This document shows positions 11,559 to 22,896 of a stretch of DNA of 64,000 bases, piece after piece. The notes under the pieces are model-generated. The model made no database searches. It was given only the letters and a program-made list of their open reading frames with translations, and had not been told where the DNA came from. Source of the stretch: Mactra antiquata (taxonomy: Eukaryota). Location of the stretch: assembly GCA_047288015.1 (NCBI GenBank), contig CM103826.1, positions 3,917,510 through 3,981,509 of the forward strand, read 5' to 3'. The position numbers and the translations under genes were made by a program. Positions within the stretch are counted from its first letter, which is position 1. Every line of letters begins with the position of its first letter.

Positions 11559-11830
11559 GCACGATGTATTTCGCAATAAATTACATAGCTAATTACGTGA
11601 TACCCGGAGACTGGATAAACAAACCACAAGAAGTCACGTGTACCACTAGTGGTAAGAGAGAATCAAGTGGTATGGAATCTGATTTAGCAGAAGGGCGCGT
11701 CGGTAATCAAGCTATCAGACGCGAAAAGAGAGGGGTAACTGACATTGGATTGAATGCCACTTGTGATGCATCCAATACGATTAAGATCGCCTTGAATTTA
11801 GCTGACTACAGTAATATTAAATCTGAAAAG
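11559..11830 (+). CDS. Gene 1 exon H.
   Basis: Acceptor tgtttcag|gcacg and donor gaaaag|gtaggt. Open frame GTMYFAINYIANYVIPGDWINKPQEVTCTTSGKRESSG...IKSEK. Phase 1 in, phase 0 out. The 4.7 kb intron upstream carries repeats. Confidence 0.6.
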
Positions 11831-12700
11831 GTAGGTCTGCTATCAGATTGAATAAACCAATAAGACTAAATGTTAAAATAATCAGAAAAAATGCCAAAAA
11901 TAATGTACCCTTTAGTACCTCCGTCGTCGTATACTCACATTTCGTCTCCTAGAAACTAGGCTGCCACGTACATGCTATTAGAAAATCTTTGATTGCTGTT
12001 TCAGAGTAACATTTTGTTTTGTTACCACCAAACAAGATCAATTTTGACAAGATGTGTGTGTATTTTATATAAAAAAGTTTTGACTAGGACGCCAATAGAA
12101 TACTTTCAGTGGGTGGGGTTTTTTATGGTCAGTCGGGAAACAGCAATCAAACCTAACTTCAACCCAGTCTGTATTGTAATTATAGGATATTATATTTAAC
12201 AATATTGAAATTTTAAACCTAAAAATGCAGAGAAAAGTGTTGAATGCATTGATACTTACAAGCAACTTTTTCACCAGAAAAACAAACCTGGGTCACTAAG
12301 AAAAGACAAATGGGAGAAAATGGTGATGGGATATCATTCTTTTTTACTCTGATTAGTAATGGATTTTTGTATCATTTTTGGGAAACACAGCTGGCTGAAG
12401 TACAAATTGAAGTTTGAAAAAGAGCCAAAATTGCATTTTTGCCAATATTGCTTCTCTCCATTGTTGCCATTTGGGTAAAAGGGCCATTTCTGAAAAACGA
12501 TGGTCCTTGGAACACTCTGGTCAAGTTTCGTTTCTAACACACTGTTATTGATAAAATTAGAACATTGTCCATATACATGTAGCCTACCGCATTAAGCTTG
12601 AAAAAAGTGATTTTTGACTCAGTCCAAATCAATTACAACTGTGTATTAAGTCATGATACCAGTCAAATTTATCGTCAATGGACTATACATTTGTTGACAG

Positions 12701-12828
12701 ATTCAATACGCTGTTGAACATGCAAACAACTGGGGTAACCCACCTCCTATGAGGAATTGTGGATCAATGTGCACTATAAGTGGAAACGTCGTAACCATCC
12801 GAAAACAGATGAATTCGAATCATTTAAA
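12701..12828 (+). CDS. Gene 1 exon I.
   Basis: Acceptor ttgttgacag|attc and donor ttaaa|gtaagt. Translation IQYAVEHANNWGNPPPMRNCGSMCTISGNVVTIRKQMNSNHL. Phase 0 in, phase 2 out. Confidence 0.6.
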
Positions 12829-13198
12829 GTAAGTATTTTAATCATTGAAGCACGCATAGAACAAGAAAAGTTTGTCATGGAGTCATCAAAAATCGGTCTT
12901 ACCAGACCACCTCGGTCATGTCGGCTTTTTCCGTAAAAGGTTAGAATGAAAATGTTGTAGAAATTTGGTGACTATTGCAAATCGGTCTTAATTGAATATA
13001 GAGCATTAGATGACTTAGATGAATCACCATTACATGATACAATCAATGCTGTGCAATTGGGGCGACCAAATGGTACCAAGTCTAGGAAACAAACACACGT
13101 TTTCTCGAAATGGTGCTTAAGAATACGAAAAAATGTGTAAAAGAGACCAATAGTTACTAGCTTCTTTAAAGTTAAATCGTATCGTAAAAATGTTCTTA

Positions 13199-13393
13199 GC
13201 CCGCCGGCTAGATCAGTCGGTAGCGCACAAGTCTACTGATCGAGGGGTCGTGGGTTCGATCCCCGGGCGGGGCATACTTTCGTGGAGCTTGGTCATGAAA
13301 TAGTTTCTACGGCCATTCTCCTTCCTACCACTGATTCTAAATCATGTAGGGCAGTTGTCAGTCACTGACGGAAGTATGCGCCCAGTAACTGGT
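13199..13393 (+). mobile_element. SINE family A copy (3' truncated).
   Basis: Head gcccgccggctagatcagtcggtagcgcacaagtctactgatcgaggggtcgtgggttcgatccccgggcgggg plus core. Confidence 0.85.
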
Positions 13394-13921
13394 CATGTAT
13401 TATAGTGATTGGTTGCCTTTAAGTCTAATCAGATGCCAAATTACGGCTAAGACAGTGAAATAGATGACAAATATGTAAAAAATTGGCTGCAAGTGGTTCG
13501 ATGAGTTTTCCTTACGCCCCTAAACAGATGCTTGTTTTCGTTGCACAAACTGATTACAGTTGTCATCTGGAATAAAAATTTAGTCTTGTATTGAAAATGT
13601 CGTTATGTCCGATGAAGTTAAAGTCCGTATAAATGAGAGCATAGTAATGATTATGCCTCATGATGTAAATAATAGAAAGGTTTTATACTCGCATGACATT
13701 GTCGATTCATTTTGATAGAGAAATTAATGCGCGTGTGACCTATCCGAATGATGGTGCGGAAAAATAAAATAACTGTTATAACCGTATAACTGCAGTACAA
13801 TATTTAAGCATAAACAACGTATGGTTCGAACCTATGCGCATTAATACATTATTGAAAAGTAAGATGAGCCGTGCCTGTTAAAAGTAGTCCGTATATTGTA
13901 TGTATGTTTTGACAATTACAG

Positions 13922-14175
13922 ATTTGCCATAAATGTAATAGGACACATTGTACTACCATTTCAAAATTGGATCAGTCAACCACTTGAAATAACATGTGGA
14001 ATTGGTCAAGTAGTACGCTATGGTAGTTCAGGACTAGAAATTGACAACGAAAACGTAGGAACGACTACGACGAAAAAAACAACATCTACCACAACACAGG
14101 CAGTAACATCACAGCCTCCAGAGACACAAGGAACGACCTCTCATCAACCTATTACTCAACAACCTACAACCACTG
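13922..14175 (+). CDS. Gene 1 exon J, ending in a second Thr-rich linker.
   Basis: Acceptor attacag|attt and donor cactg|gttggc. Translation KFAINVIGHIVLPFQNWISQPLEITCGIGQVVRYGSSGLEIDNENVGTTTTKKTTSTTTQAVTSQPPETQGTTSHQPITQQPTTTG. Phase 2 in, phase 1 out. Confidence 0.6.
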
Positions 14176-15174
14176 GTTGGCATTTCTTTTTTACCATTGT
14201 TATTAATAGAAAAAATCGAAGTCATTTAAACAAACAACTTATATTTAACATCATCCACACACCTGCTTATAGCACTAAGGGAGACAATATGATGTTCGTA
14301 AACTTTGAACGATATCTCTTGTTTGTGCATGATACCTGACAAACCGCCATTTTGTGTTCTACTAAAAGCAATATTCATATTAATATAATAATTAAATATG
14401 TCATATTAAATTCACATACCGATTTTATAATTATCAGGATAAACAAATCAAACATGTGACAAAACAGTTCGGATACACTGGTTTCCGGATTTCTCAAGTT
14501 ATTTTGCGTTCGAAATGGGACCGAGAAATAAGCTCAGAATTCATGGGATTTCGGATTTCTCAGGTAGTCCTGTATTATTTTTTGTTTTGTTTCATTCTTC
14601 AAGGCACAAGTAACACTGGACCCATACCTCCCGACAGAAAGTTCATTTTGGAACTTAATGAACAAGGGACCTCGTTACCACAACAGACAAGAAAGTACGC
14701 ATTGTATTTTAGCCAGGCAGTGACGCCACAAATACGCAAATCTGACAACAAAGTAGTCTTCGTTCCAAAATCTGGAGGTCTTTTCAATGGAATCATGCAA
14801 GTGGCGTATCTAGGTAAAATATTATTGAATATATTAACGGAAGCCTTTAATGCGGTTTATGGTGTTATTATTCTTGATGAAGGGAGAAATACCAAGTATG
14901 CGCTTTGTGCACCGCCTAAAAAGTAGTTCCCATCGCAAGAAGTGGGCGTGGCCAAACAATAATGATGTTGGACTGATAATTATTTGATAGTCAGCTTCGC
15001 GATGCATTGAATGTCATCCAACTTCCAAGCCCATCTCGTTGATTCCTTGAACAAGAAACTTTATCCTAAATGCTTAGTACTGAGTGACCAGGAAGCTCAC
15101 TCAATAGTAATTGGTTAGGTTGGCATAATTGTTTCACAATATTTGTATAGACTAAACTTAAATTTAACAGTCAG

Positions 15175-15395
15175 TTCATATTTTTATTTTTATTTTTTTT
15201 TTGGTTGGGTTTAACGCCGTGTTAACACAAGTTATGGTCATTTTACGGCGGCCAGCTTACCTAACCTAGCTTTCCTGGACCATTGTCTGTAACCAGTACT
15301 CATCTACCCTTCCACAAGGCCAACAACCTCTCCATGAACCTTATTAATGGAGGAAAATCGACATTTTGTCGAATTTTTTTATGGAAGGGTATAAC
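15175..15395 (-). mobile_element. SINE family B copy (minus).
   Basis: ttttttttttggttgggtttaacgccgtgttaac...gaaaatcgacattttgtcgaatttttttatggaagggtataacc. Confidence 0.75.
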
Positions 15396-15481
15396 CATAT
15401 ATAATATTTCTGATCAGATTGCCTATACATGTATGTACAACGTTTTTAGATGAATTAATTTAATATGAATCTTTTTACAAG

Positions 15482-15678
15482 GTGCTGGGCGCCGTGGAAG
15501 TCATGAAAACGACACTGTATTTGATGAACATTTTGGGGTATACTCGAGTACACCGAAGACTTCGTTCTGTGCCAGTGAGTCAACGGGGAAGGCGTATCTT
15601 ACCTTCAAATGGAATCCAAACTACCAAGATGCCCAGTCAGCTACCTCTAGGTTACTAATGTTAACAATGCCACATCAT
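15482..15678 (+). CDS. Gene 1 exon K.
   Basis: Acceptor tttttacaag|gtgc and donor catcat|gtaaga. Translation GAGRRGSHENDTVFDEHFGVYSSTPKTSFCASESTGKAYLTFKWNPNYQDAQSATSRLLMLTMPHH. This donor is the only one that hands phase 0 to exon L. Confidence 0.55.
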
Positions 15679-15710
15679 GTAAGATTTCAACAACTACCTT
15701 TATAAATTAT

Positions 15711-15888
15711 TACAGTAAAATTTCGCTATAAAGACCACCTTGGTTATATCAAAATCAAGCAACTTTGACAATTTTTAAGTCCCAAATGCTTAATTTGGGA
15801 ATGAACAGATCACTATAATAAGACCATTTTGCTATTAAGACCATCGATTTTGATGGTCCTAATAAAACCAGTGGATTTTATATAAAAG
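15711..15888. mobile_element. MITE (Tc1/mariner-like, TA-flanked; TIR CAGTAAAGTTCCGCTATAAAGACC) copy 1, just downstream of gene 1 exon K. The right TIR is degenerate.
   Basis: Shares about 180 bp with copies at 23115..23275 and 55025..55195. Confidence 0.7.
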
Positions 15889-16300
15889 CACTGTTAAAAC
15901 CAACCATTTTTATCATCGTAACATACTCCAGTGTATCGGATTAATTACATTCCATTATATGTATTTATTCACGCACAGTTTCGTTACTTTTTACGAAATA
16001 TTTTTGTGCTGGCCTTACATAAAATGAAAACATTTTCCGATTTAAAAGTTTCTATTATGCCGGCCATAACACTCTCAAACAGAGATTGTTCAAAATTGTT
16101 ATGCTGGCCTAACACATAATAAATTTTTAATTTGTCTATTTGTTATGCCGGGCATAACACTTTCAAACAGACATTGTTCAAAGAAGTCGGACGGGTTGTG
16201 TCGAATGTTAACGTGTGTCAACTCAAAACAGGTCGATTTTGTCGGACTTTAAAACGCGAAGAACGCATACATGTCTGGATGATAATATTTTGACTTTCAG

Positions 16301-16462
16301 GTGAATTCTATGACCACAAAGTATTTATCCAACCTCAAGAATACAGTGTTTGGTTTCAAAGCTATGACAGGATCTGAACTTCTCCTAGAAATGAAACTAC
16401 CACGAGCTTCAATGGAGCCAGATCCAACAGCTGTTGCTACACTTACCCAACAACAAAGACAG
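16301..16462 (+). CDS. Gene 1 exon L.
   Basis: Acceptor tgactttcag|gtgaa and donor agacag|gttggt. Only phase-0 entry is stop-free. Translation VNSMTTKYLSNLKNTVFGFKAMTGSELLLEMKLPRASMEPDPTAVATLTQQQRQ. Confidence 0.6.
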
Positions 16463-16798
16463 GTTGGTGATTTGTCACATGGACACCTAAATACTTAAAA
16501 CTTATAACTACCATTAGCACCCTGTGTCGCATAGGGCGTGACCGAGCGGTTTGGCCGCTGGAATGGTTCAGCGTCGGTTCCAATCCCATTCAAAACCCAC
16601 CCCGTTGTTTCCTTGGGCAAGAAACGAAACTTTTATCATAATTACTAAGATTACCAAGTAATGGGGAGCCAGAAGCCAGAATTCAAGGTGTAAGAACTTG
16701 TTTCACAATCGACCTGTACCGGAGTTTTAAATCGACATACGTCATTTGCTAATCAAGACTTGCATTACAGTAAAAATGGATTTTCGATATACTTGTAG

Positions 16799-17000
16799 GA
16801 AATCATAGCAGCTATAGATAGGGACGCTCAAACTAACAACTTAGATTGGTTCTGTTCTCGCGCAGACTCATATGGTGTTGGAAAAGCAATCAGTTTTGTT
16901 GCACGTCTTGCAAGTATATCCAGAACGTTCAATACTCAACATTATACTGTATTAGATGAATCTGTTCGTAATTGTTTAGAAAAATGGTTAAGAATACAAG
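16799..17000 (+). CDS. Gene 1 exon M (GH81).
   Basis: Acceptor acttgtag|gaaatc and donor acaag|gtatgt. Translation EIIAAIDRDAQTNNLDWFCSRADSYGVGKAISFVARLASISRTFNTQHYTVLDESVRNCLEKWLRIQ. Phase 0 in, phase 1 out. Confidence 0.6.
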
Positions 17001-17057
17001 GTATGTATGGGTTATACAATATGAAAAACCACAAACATATGTCTGTCACGAATTTTT

Positions 17058-17359
17058 TGTTGAGTTTAATGCCGTAGCAACACATTGTATAGGTCATATC
17101 ACGGCGGCCAGTCAACCTACTCATCGTTCCTGGAAAGGCTTAATCTCTGGATTTAGCTGTTCACCAGTTACTAAGCGCATACTTCCGTCAGTGACTGACA
17201 ACTGTCCTACATGATTTAGAATCAGTCGTAGGAGGGAAAATGGTCGTAGAAAATTATTTCATGACCAAGCTCCACGAAAGTATGCCCCGCCCGGGAATTG
17301 AACCCACGATCCCTCGATAAGTAGATTCGTGCGCGACCGACTGAGCTAGCCGGGCGGGC
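17058..17359 (-). mobile_element. SINE family A copy (minus), immediately after gene 1 exon M.
   Basis: Full-length reverse complement of family A including the tail ..gcaacacattgtataggtcatatcacggcggccag. Confidence 0.85.
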
Positions 17360-18333
17360 TGCCACGAATATTCGAGTATTCGAGTAAACCTACAGACATG
17401 CAGTTTCAGTGATGTAAATGTAGGCCTAACTTACTGCATGTAATACTCTGTGATTTAAACAACTAGCAGCTAAGATTATGTTTTCTGTCTCCTCTGAGGT
17501 CTATAATTCTACATTGACAGTTCAGAGATTTCTCACATACATAACGTTATACATCATAGCTTCAAGAACTATGATGAAGGTTTGCCTGAGCTGTAATAGC
17601 AAAATACACGTATAAATACTTCGCAAACTTTTATGAAATATATAATTCTAATTATCAAATTAATATCAGCAAAGAGAATTCTCCCTCCGCCCCTGACATT
17701 ACGTCCTACGAGCTCGTGGATAATGCATAGGGCCGAGAATAAATGGACGTACGTGGTTTCGACTAAATTTTGATCTCTCATCTGACGCCGGGTTCGTATT
17801 TCATGTTTGCAGGTTAACTGGTAAATGTATAGATCTTTAAAATAAGGCTTAATTTCTGCGCAATATATCAGCTTATTAAAAACATACTTGTCCATGTTCA
17901 TTAAAAATTACTTGACCTTTGTCAAACTAGAGAAATTGTCAATAACATTCGAGTGAGAGACTCATGGCGTTTTATATTGACACCTACGCTAAAACAAGTG
18001 TCAGTCACAAATATGTGTTGATCGAACTTCAGTCTGACGAAGATATGTGTACAATATTGAGGCAAAAAATCGTATTGTACTGTATCTAAAACTCGAACTA
18101 TTGCCAATTGTTCAGCCAATTTATTCACACGCAGTGTATTCTGAGAAATCCGAACGTCTTCAGACCGAACGAAATGTTTGGTTTTTACAGGTTTCTAGAT
18201 TTCTCGGGTTTTCTTTCCCCAAGATCGGCCTGAGAAAATCGATCGTAATTTAAAGGATTCCGGATTTGTCAGTGTTCGTATTTCTCAGGTTACGCTGTAT
18301 ATATATTAACTAATGGTCTACTCTGTTTTTAAG

Positions 18334-18525
18334 ATGTATTGGATGACATGTGGAAGTTTAAATACGATACTGTATGGGGTGGTTTATTCTTGAAGGCAAC
18401 ACGTGGTGAGGTACAGTTTGGTGCAGGCTTTGGGTTTCCATTTTACAATGATCATCATTTTCATCTTGGATATTTTATATATGCTGCTGGTTATTATGTT
18501 AAACATTATCCTGATTGGGGATCAG
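18334..18525 (+). CDS. Gene 1 exon N: GH81 signature exon (YNDHHFH motif).
   Basis: Acceptor tttttaag|atgt and donor atcag|gtaaga. Translation DVLDDMWKFKYDTVWGGLFLKATRGEVQFGAGFGFPFYNDHHFHLGYFIYAAGYYVKHYPDWGS. FYNDHHFH(Y/L)GYxIYAAA is a hallmark of GH81 endo-beta-1,3-glucanases. Confidence 0.85.
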
Positions 18526-18699
18526 GTAAGATGCCTTAAACTGTATATGAGCCGTTTTAGGTTAAAAGGTACTTTAACGTCATTTACGATAAATGACGGA
18601 AAGACGTCCCGAACGTCACCGATTCATCATAATGCGGAAGTATTTACATGGTTTTTGTATGAGTGGATAGTAAAGGAACTTCTGAGTGATGTTGCACAT

Positions 18700-19020
18700 A
18701 ATGGTATGTATATGAGTGCTTAAACATGCGATTTTGTATGAGTGCATGATCACAGGAATTTTTATACATACGAGTACCTGAGTAATCAATCACATAATTT
18801 ATGTATGAGTGGTTGATCGCATGATTATGTGACAGTGGTTTAAAGCATGATTTTTGTATGAGTGGTTGAAGACATGATTTTATATGACTGGTTGATGACA
18901 CGATTTTTGTATGAGTGGTTGATAACACGATTTTTGTATGAGTGGTTGATGACATGAGTTTTTAAAGAGTGGTTGGTCAAGTGATTTTGTGTGGGTAGTT
19001 GATAACATGAATTATTTCGT
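18700..19020. repeat. Intronic satellite, about 27-31 bp unit (gatttttgtatgagtggttgatgacac), in gene 1 intron N/O.
   Basis: At least 9 degenerate tandem units visible. Confidence 0.85.
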
Positions 19021-19029
19021 TCATGAGTA

Positions 19030-19271
19030 GTTTCTGCTACAGAACAGAACATAGACATAAACTACATCTATGAACTAGAGATTGAATAGTCTTTCTGTTA
19101 CAGAACATAGACATAAACTCTATCTATGGGCTAGAGATTTCATACTCTTTATGTTACAGAACATAGACACAAACTCTATCTATGGGCTAGATATTTAATA
19201 CTCTTTATGTTACAGAACATAGACACAAACTCTATCTATGGGCTAGATATTTAATACTCTTTATGTTACAG
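19030..19271. repeat. 56-bp minisatellite in about 4 units, each carrying the ttacag|aacatagac acceptor of exon O.
   Basis: Acceptor g at 19159, 19215 and 19271 (period 56), plus a degenerate earlier unit. Confidence 0.9.
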
Positions 19272-19429
19272 AACATAGACACAAACTCTATCTATGGGCT
19301 AGAGATGTAGCCAACCCAACACATACAGATCCATATTTTCCTGTGGTAAGACATATGGATATGTATACAGGGTTCTCATGGGCTTCTGGTATTGTACCAG
19401 GATCAAGACAAGAAGAATCAGCATCTGAG
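19272..19429 (+). CDS. Gene 1 exon O: GH81 catalytic-region exon.
   Basis: Acceptor ttacag|aacat is the last of four tandemly repeated copies and the only one downstream of the in-frame stop at 19244..19246. Donor ctgag|gtaagt. Translation EHRHKLYLWARDVANPTHTDPYFPVVRHMDMYTGFSWASGIVPGSRQEESASE. It matches the GH81 FPxxRHFD..GHSWAxG...E(S/T)(S/T)SE catalytic region. Confidence 0.8.
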
Positions 19430-19784
19430 GTAAGTAAACTCTTTTATGAACCTGTATTTTGTGTAGCTTTTTTTTGGTTTTGCTTATTGAACTTGCTAGC
19501 AGTTTATCTAGTCTGTTCTGTCCGATTCGTCTAACCAGCTATCTTGGACCATTCCCACTATAGTACTCGCTTTCCCGACCATATGGAGCTGACAAAATTT
19601 TCCTTTACGGCGGAAAATCGACAATTGGATTTTACCATTGAAATGCAGTTAAGATGCCGGATTAACTTTTTTTGTTAAATTGTATATTTATGAAGACCCA
19701 TTCAGCATTTTAGTGAAAATTGCTGATGACGACGGCAGGATGAGACATAACTCCATATGCAATGTATTAATTCAATTATCCGAG

Positions 19785-20035
19785 TACTAGATACACAGGA
19801 GCTTGAAATTTATATTAAAATATGCAAAATACCGTTCCTTATGATATAATACTGTGTTTTTATATTATTGAATTAGTTGTATATTCCATAGGAGCTTGAT
19901 ATTTTATATGAAAATACAAAAAAAACTCTTTTAACAACGTGTTTTATAGTGGTATATGTATATTTAGTCATATATTCCACAGGAGCTTGAAATTTTATAT
20001 AAAACATGAAAATGTCCCTCCTTTCTATTATTAAA
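19785..20035. repeat. Tandem repeat of about 88 bp in roughly 2.8 units (..ccacaggagcttgaaattttatat..).
   Basis: Direct repetition of ggagcttga.atttt.tat..aaa at 19797, 19890 and 19982. Confidence 0.7.
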
Positions 20036-20065
20036 AGGAGTATTTTTTCATATATAGATCAAATC

Positions 20066-20372
20066 ACGCCCGGCTAGCTCAGTCGGTAGCGCACAAGTCT
20101 ACTGATCGAGGGGTCGTGGGTTCGATTCCCGGGCGGGTCATACTTTCGTGGATCTTGGTCATGAAATAATTTCTACGGCCATTCTCCCTCCTACCACTGA
20201 TTCTAAATCATGTAGGGCAGTTGTCAGTCACTGACGGAAGTATGCGCCTAGTAACTGGTTAACAGCTAAATCCAGAGATTTAGCTTTTCCAGGAACCGTG
20301 AGTAGGTTGACTGACCGCCGTGATATGACTTATACAATGTGTTGCTACAGCGTTAAGCCAACAACAACAATA
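20066..20372 (+). mobile_element. SINE family A copy (full length, with tail ..gtgagtaggttgactgaccgccgtgatatgact..).
   Basis: Best-preserved copy; the consensus was derived from it. Confidence 0.9.
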
Positions 20373-20504
20373 ATTCCAAGCTCCCGTGAAAGACCTAATT
20401 TGTTCTTACATATTTCATTCATTGTTATTGGTAGAATATCGATAACCAATTTATTTCATGCAAAAAAATCAAACTCGCGTATAACCATGACTTCTACTTT
20501 ATAG

Positions 20505-20822
20505 AGTCTAAATTGTTATCATGGAGTTGCCGCCCTTGGTGAAGCATTTAATGACAAGAAGTTACAACATGTTGGACAAACTATGTTAGCCATGGAACTT
20601 ACTTCCGTAAGAGAGTATTGGCAAGTTCGAGCACATAATAGAGATCATTTCCCACCACTTATACAAGATACAGGTGTATGTGGACAGATAACTGAGGATA
20701 GCTTTTATGTGTACACATTAAATTGGCCATGTGAACCTAACGTATTTCCAATGAGACATGCATGCCTGGTAGGAATACAAGTCATTCCTATAACAGCTGT
20801 ATCAAAGTATTGGGTTGATCAG
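20505..20822 (+). CDS. Gene 1 exon P (GH81 alpha/alpha barrel region).
   Basis: Acceptor ctactttatag|agtc, which is the first ag after the in-frame stop at 20502..20504. Donor gatcag|gtaaca. 106 codons open: SLNCYHGVAALGEAFNDKKLQHVGQTMLAMELTSVREYWQV...VSKYWVDQ. Confidence 0.7.
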
Positions 20823-21484
20823 GTAACATTTGTGTTATTTTGTTTGAGGAAATATTAAGTTGTTGTTTTTTCATGGTATGTTGTCGAGTTTACAAATGTG
20901 GGGAATATGGTCTGTAGGAATATTAGGTCTAGAGGTCTAAACCTCTTCAGTGACAATGAGTAGGTCTACGGACAGCCTCAATAATTAAATACGTGATTAT
21001 TCATTGCAAGGTTTGTTATTATTATGTTGTTTTAAGGCGCATCGACAGCTAAAGTCATGTAGCACGCATGTAGATCATAGAATGGAAGAGGCAAGGTTTG
21101 TTATTTTTTTCAATACCACTGGCATTAAGCAGCAAGCTATCTGAATTATATTTGTCTTTCAGAACATGGTGCAAATTTATATTTGGTTTTTTCTGCTAGT
21201 GGTGTTTATGAATATTGACAATGGTGACACAGTTTTTTTCAAACAAATTATGAAATTGAACTGCGTTGGCCATAATATCCATGCACATGTTACAACATTG
21301 TCTGAAAAAAGAGTAAAAATATTCTAGTCAAATTACGAACGCTAAGCATAAATGATTAATGATAAAAAACCATCCAATTAATCACTTTCATGCAAGAAAG
21401 TTCAGGTCAACTAACAAACAACAGGTATGATTCTAGTATGAATAGCTATGAAAGCATCTAATCAATCATTTTAATAAATTGCAG

Positions 21485-21592
21485 GAATGGGCAGCTTCCA
21501 TCAAGCATTCTTGTGAATCGGCAGTACATTTCAATAGAGAAAGTGAATATTCAATAGCTGACAAACAACAAAGGGATCGCAAGCTTGCCGCG
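21485..21592 (+). CDS. Gene 1 exon Q.
   Basis: Acceptor aaattgcag|gaatgg and donor gccgcg|gtaagt. Translation EWAASIKHSCESAVHFNRESEYSIADKQQRDRKLAA. Phase 0 in and out. Confidence 0.5.
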
Positions 21593-21895
21593 GTAAGTCT
21601 GTATTACCCTCTCGTATAAAAATATTTGCTACCAAATATGTGTATATACTTTTTTATTCGAAAATTCATTTTCATTCATTTGCTAGGATGTACTTGATTC
21701 GAATAACGCTTTTTACTCAAGAGAGTTTTAATTAATTCAAATTAATATATTTTTGAAGTTAAAACATGAGTGCTTCTATCGACATAAAACAGTATATTAA
21801 ATGAGTAGCGTTCATTGACATATTGAATGTCAACACAAGTCGAATCAAACAAGACAAGAACATTAATATCAATGTTGATTTTTGTACTGTAACAG

Positions 21896-21997
21896 AAACA
21901 AACAAGATCAAATCATCGTGGTCATGACTTCACTCCACATAAGTTCCTGCCTTCTCGGTGGAGTGTTCGGTTTGAAGCCATTCTGCTGCACTTGTGG
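21896..21997 (+). CDS. Gene 1 exon R (short form). An alternative model reads through to a TAA at 22094..22096 as a terminal exon.
   Basis: Acceptor tgtaacag|aaaca and candidate donor ttgtgg|gtaaag. Translation KQTRSNHRGHDFTPHKFLPSRWSVRFEAILLHLW. The read-through tail VKYKIYSPRKW...NTFC is less protein-like. Confidence 0.4.
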
Positions 21998-22213
21998 GTA
22001 AAGTACAAAATATACTCACCGCGGAAATGGACAAGTCCGATCAAGTTCGACCCAGGAATGTTTATGCGAGTTTCCTCTTTTAATACATTTTGTTAATTTG
22101 AAGTTTGTGTTATATACCATATACTGTTATAAAACAGTGTAACGTTCAGATATTGTGAATGGTCAATCTTATACATTGTCTCATATTGTGTAGTAAAGCT
22201 TGCTTAAATCGAC

Positions 22214-22516
22214 CTAGCCCGCCCAGTTAGCTCAGTCGGTGGAGCGTCTTCCTTTGAATCCAGGGGTTTTGTGTTTGAGTCCCAGGCAATACCCACGTAC
22301 TTTCGTGAAATTTGGTCATGAAATACCTACTACGGCCATTCTCTCTCCTACCACTGTATCGTGTAGGGCAGTTGCAATCCACTGGCGAATGTATGTGCTT
22401 AGTTCTGGTTAAAAGCTTAGGTCTAGTTCTAAGCCTCTCCAAGGACAGTGAGTAGGTTGGCTGGCGATCGTGATGTGACTAAAACTGACGGAAAAGCTGC
22501 GTAATGTACCATAAAG
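22214..22516 (+). mobile_element. SINE family C copy in the gene 1 R/S intron.
   Basis: Head cccgcccagttagctcagtcggtggagcgtcttcc..., core and family C tail. Confidence 0.8.
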
Positions 22517-22896
22517 TACCTTTTACAAGGGATAAAAATTTGACATCGGTTGTACTTATTACAGTTAGTTAAAGTGTCACTACTGAAGCGTGTAATCTGT
22601 GTTAGGTCAATTTGCACAAGCTATAATATGGATAAATCCAACCCTCGTTGGATGTTAAAAAACTTGAAAAAAGTGGTCGCACATATGACTTAATTTATAC
22701 CTTAACCCTCCTTACTCATTTGGAAAATAATCAACAAGGACACCGCCCTTGAATATATTCAGGAACTGGCCTATATTAATCATACCTTGTTTTACATTGT
22801 AGCATTCTCACTAGTCAGAGCCTAGAAGGTAAACGATTCTAGATGTTAGATCGACTATGTCTTGATAACCTCTGGGTTCCGAGAATGACATTGTAG

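Noticed and set aside
14456-14926. The 156-aa ORF as an exon of the GH81 gene.
   Set aside because: No acceptor/donor pair gives phase continuity between exons J (phase 1 out) and K. It has no GH81-like sequence and contains internal motif duplication typical of a TE fragment. It is kept as a finding only.
15651-15652. An earlier donor (tctag|gttact at 15650, or gccag|tgagt at 15574) for gene 1 exon K.
   Set aside because: Both leave phase 2 or phase 1. Exon L is stop-free only when entered in phase 0. The catcat|gtaaga donor at 15678 gives phase 0 and an open frame.
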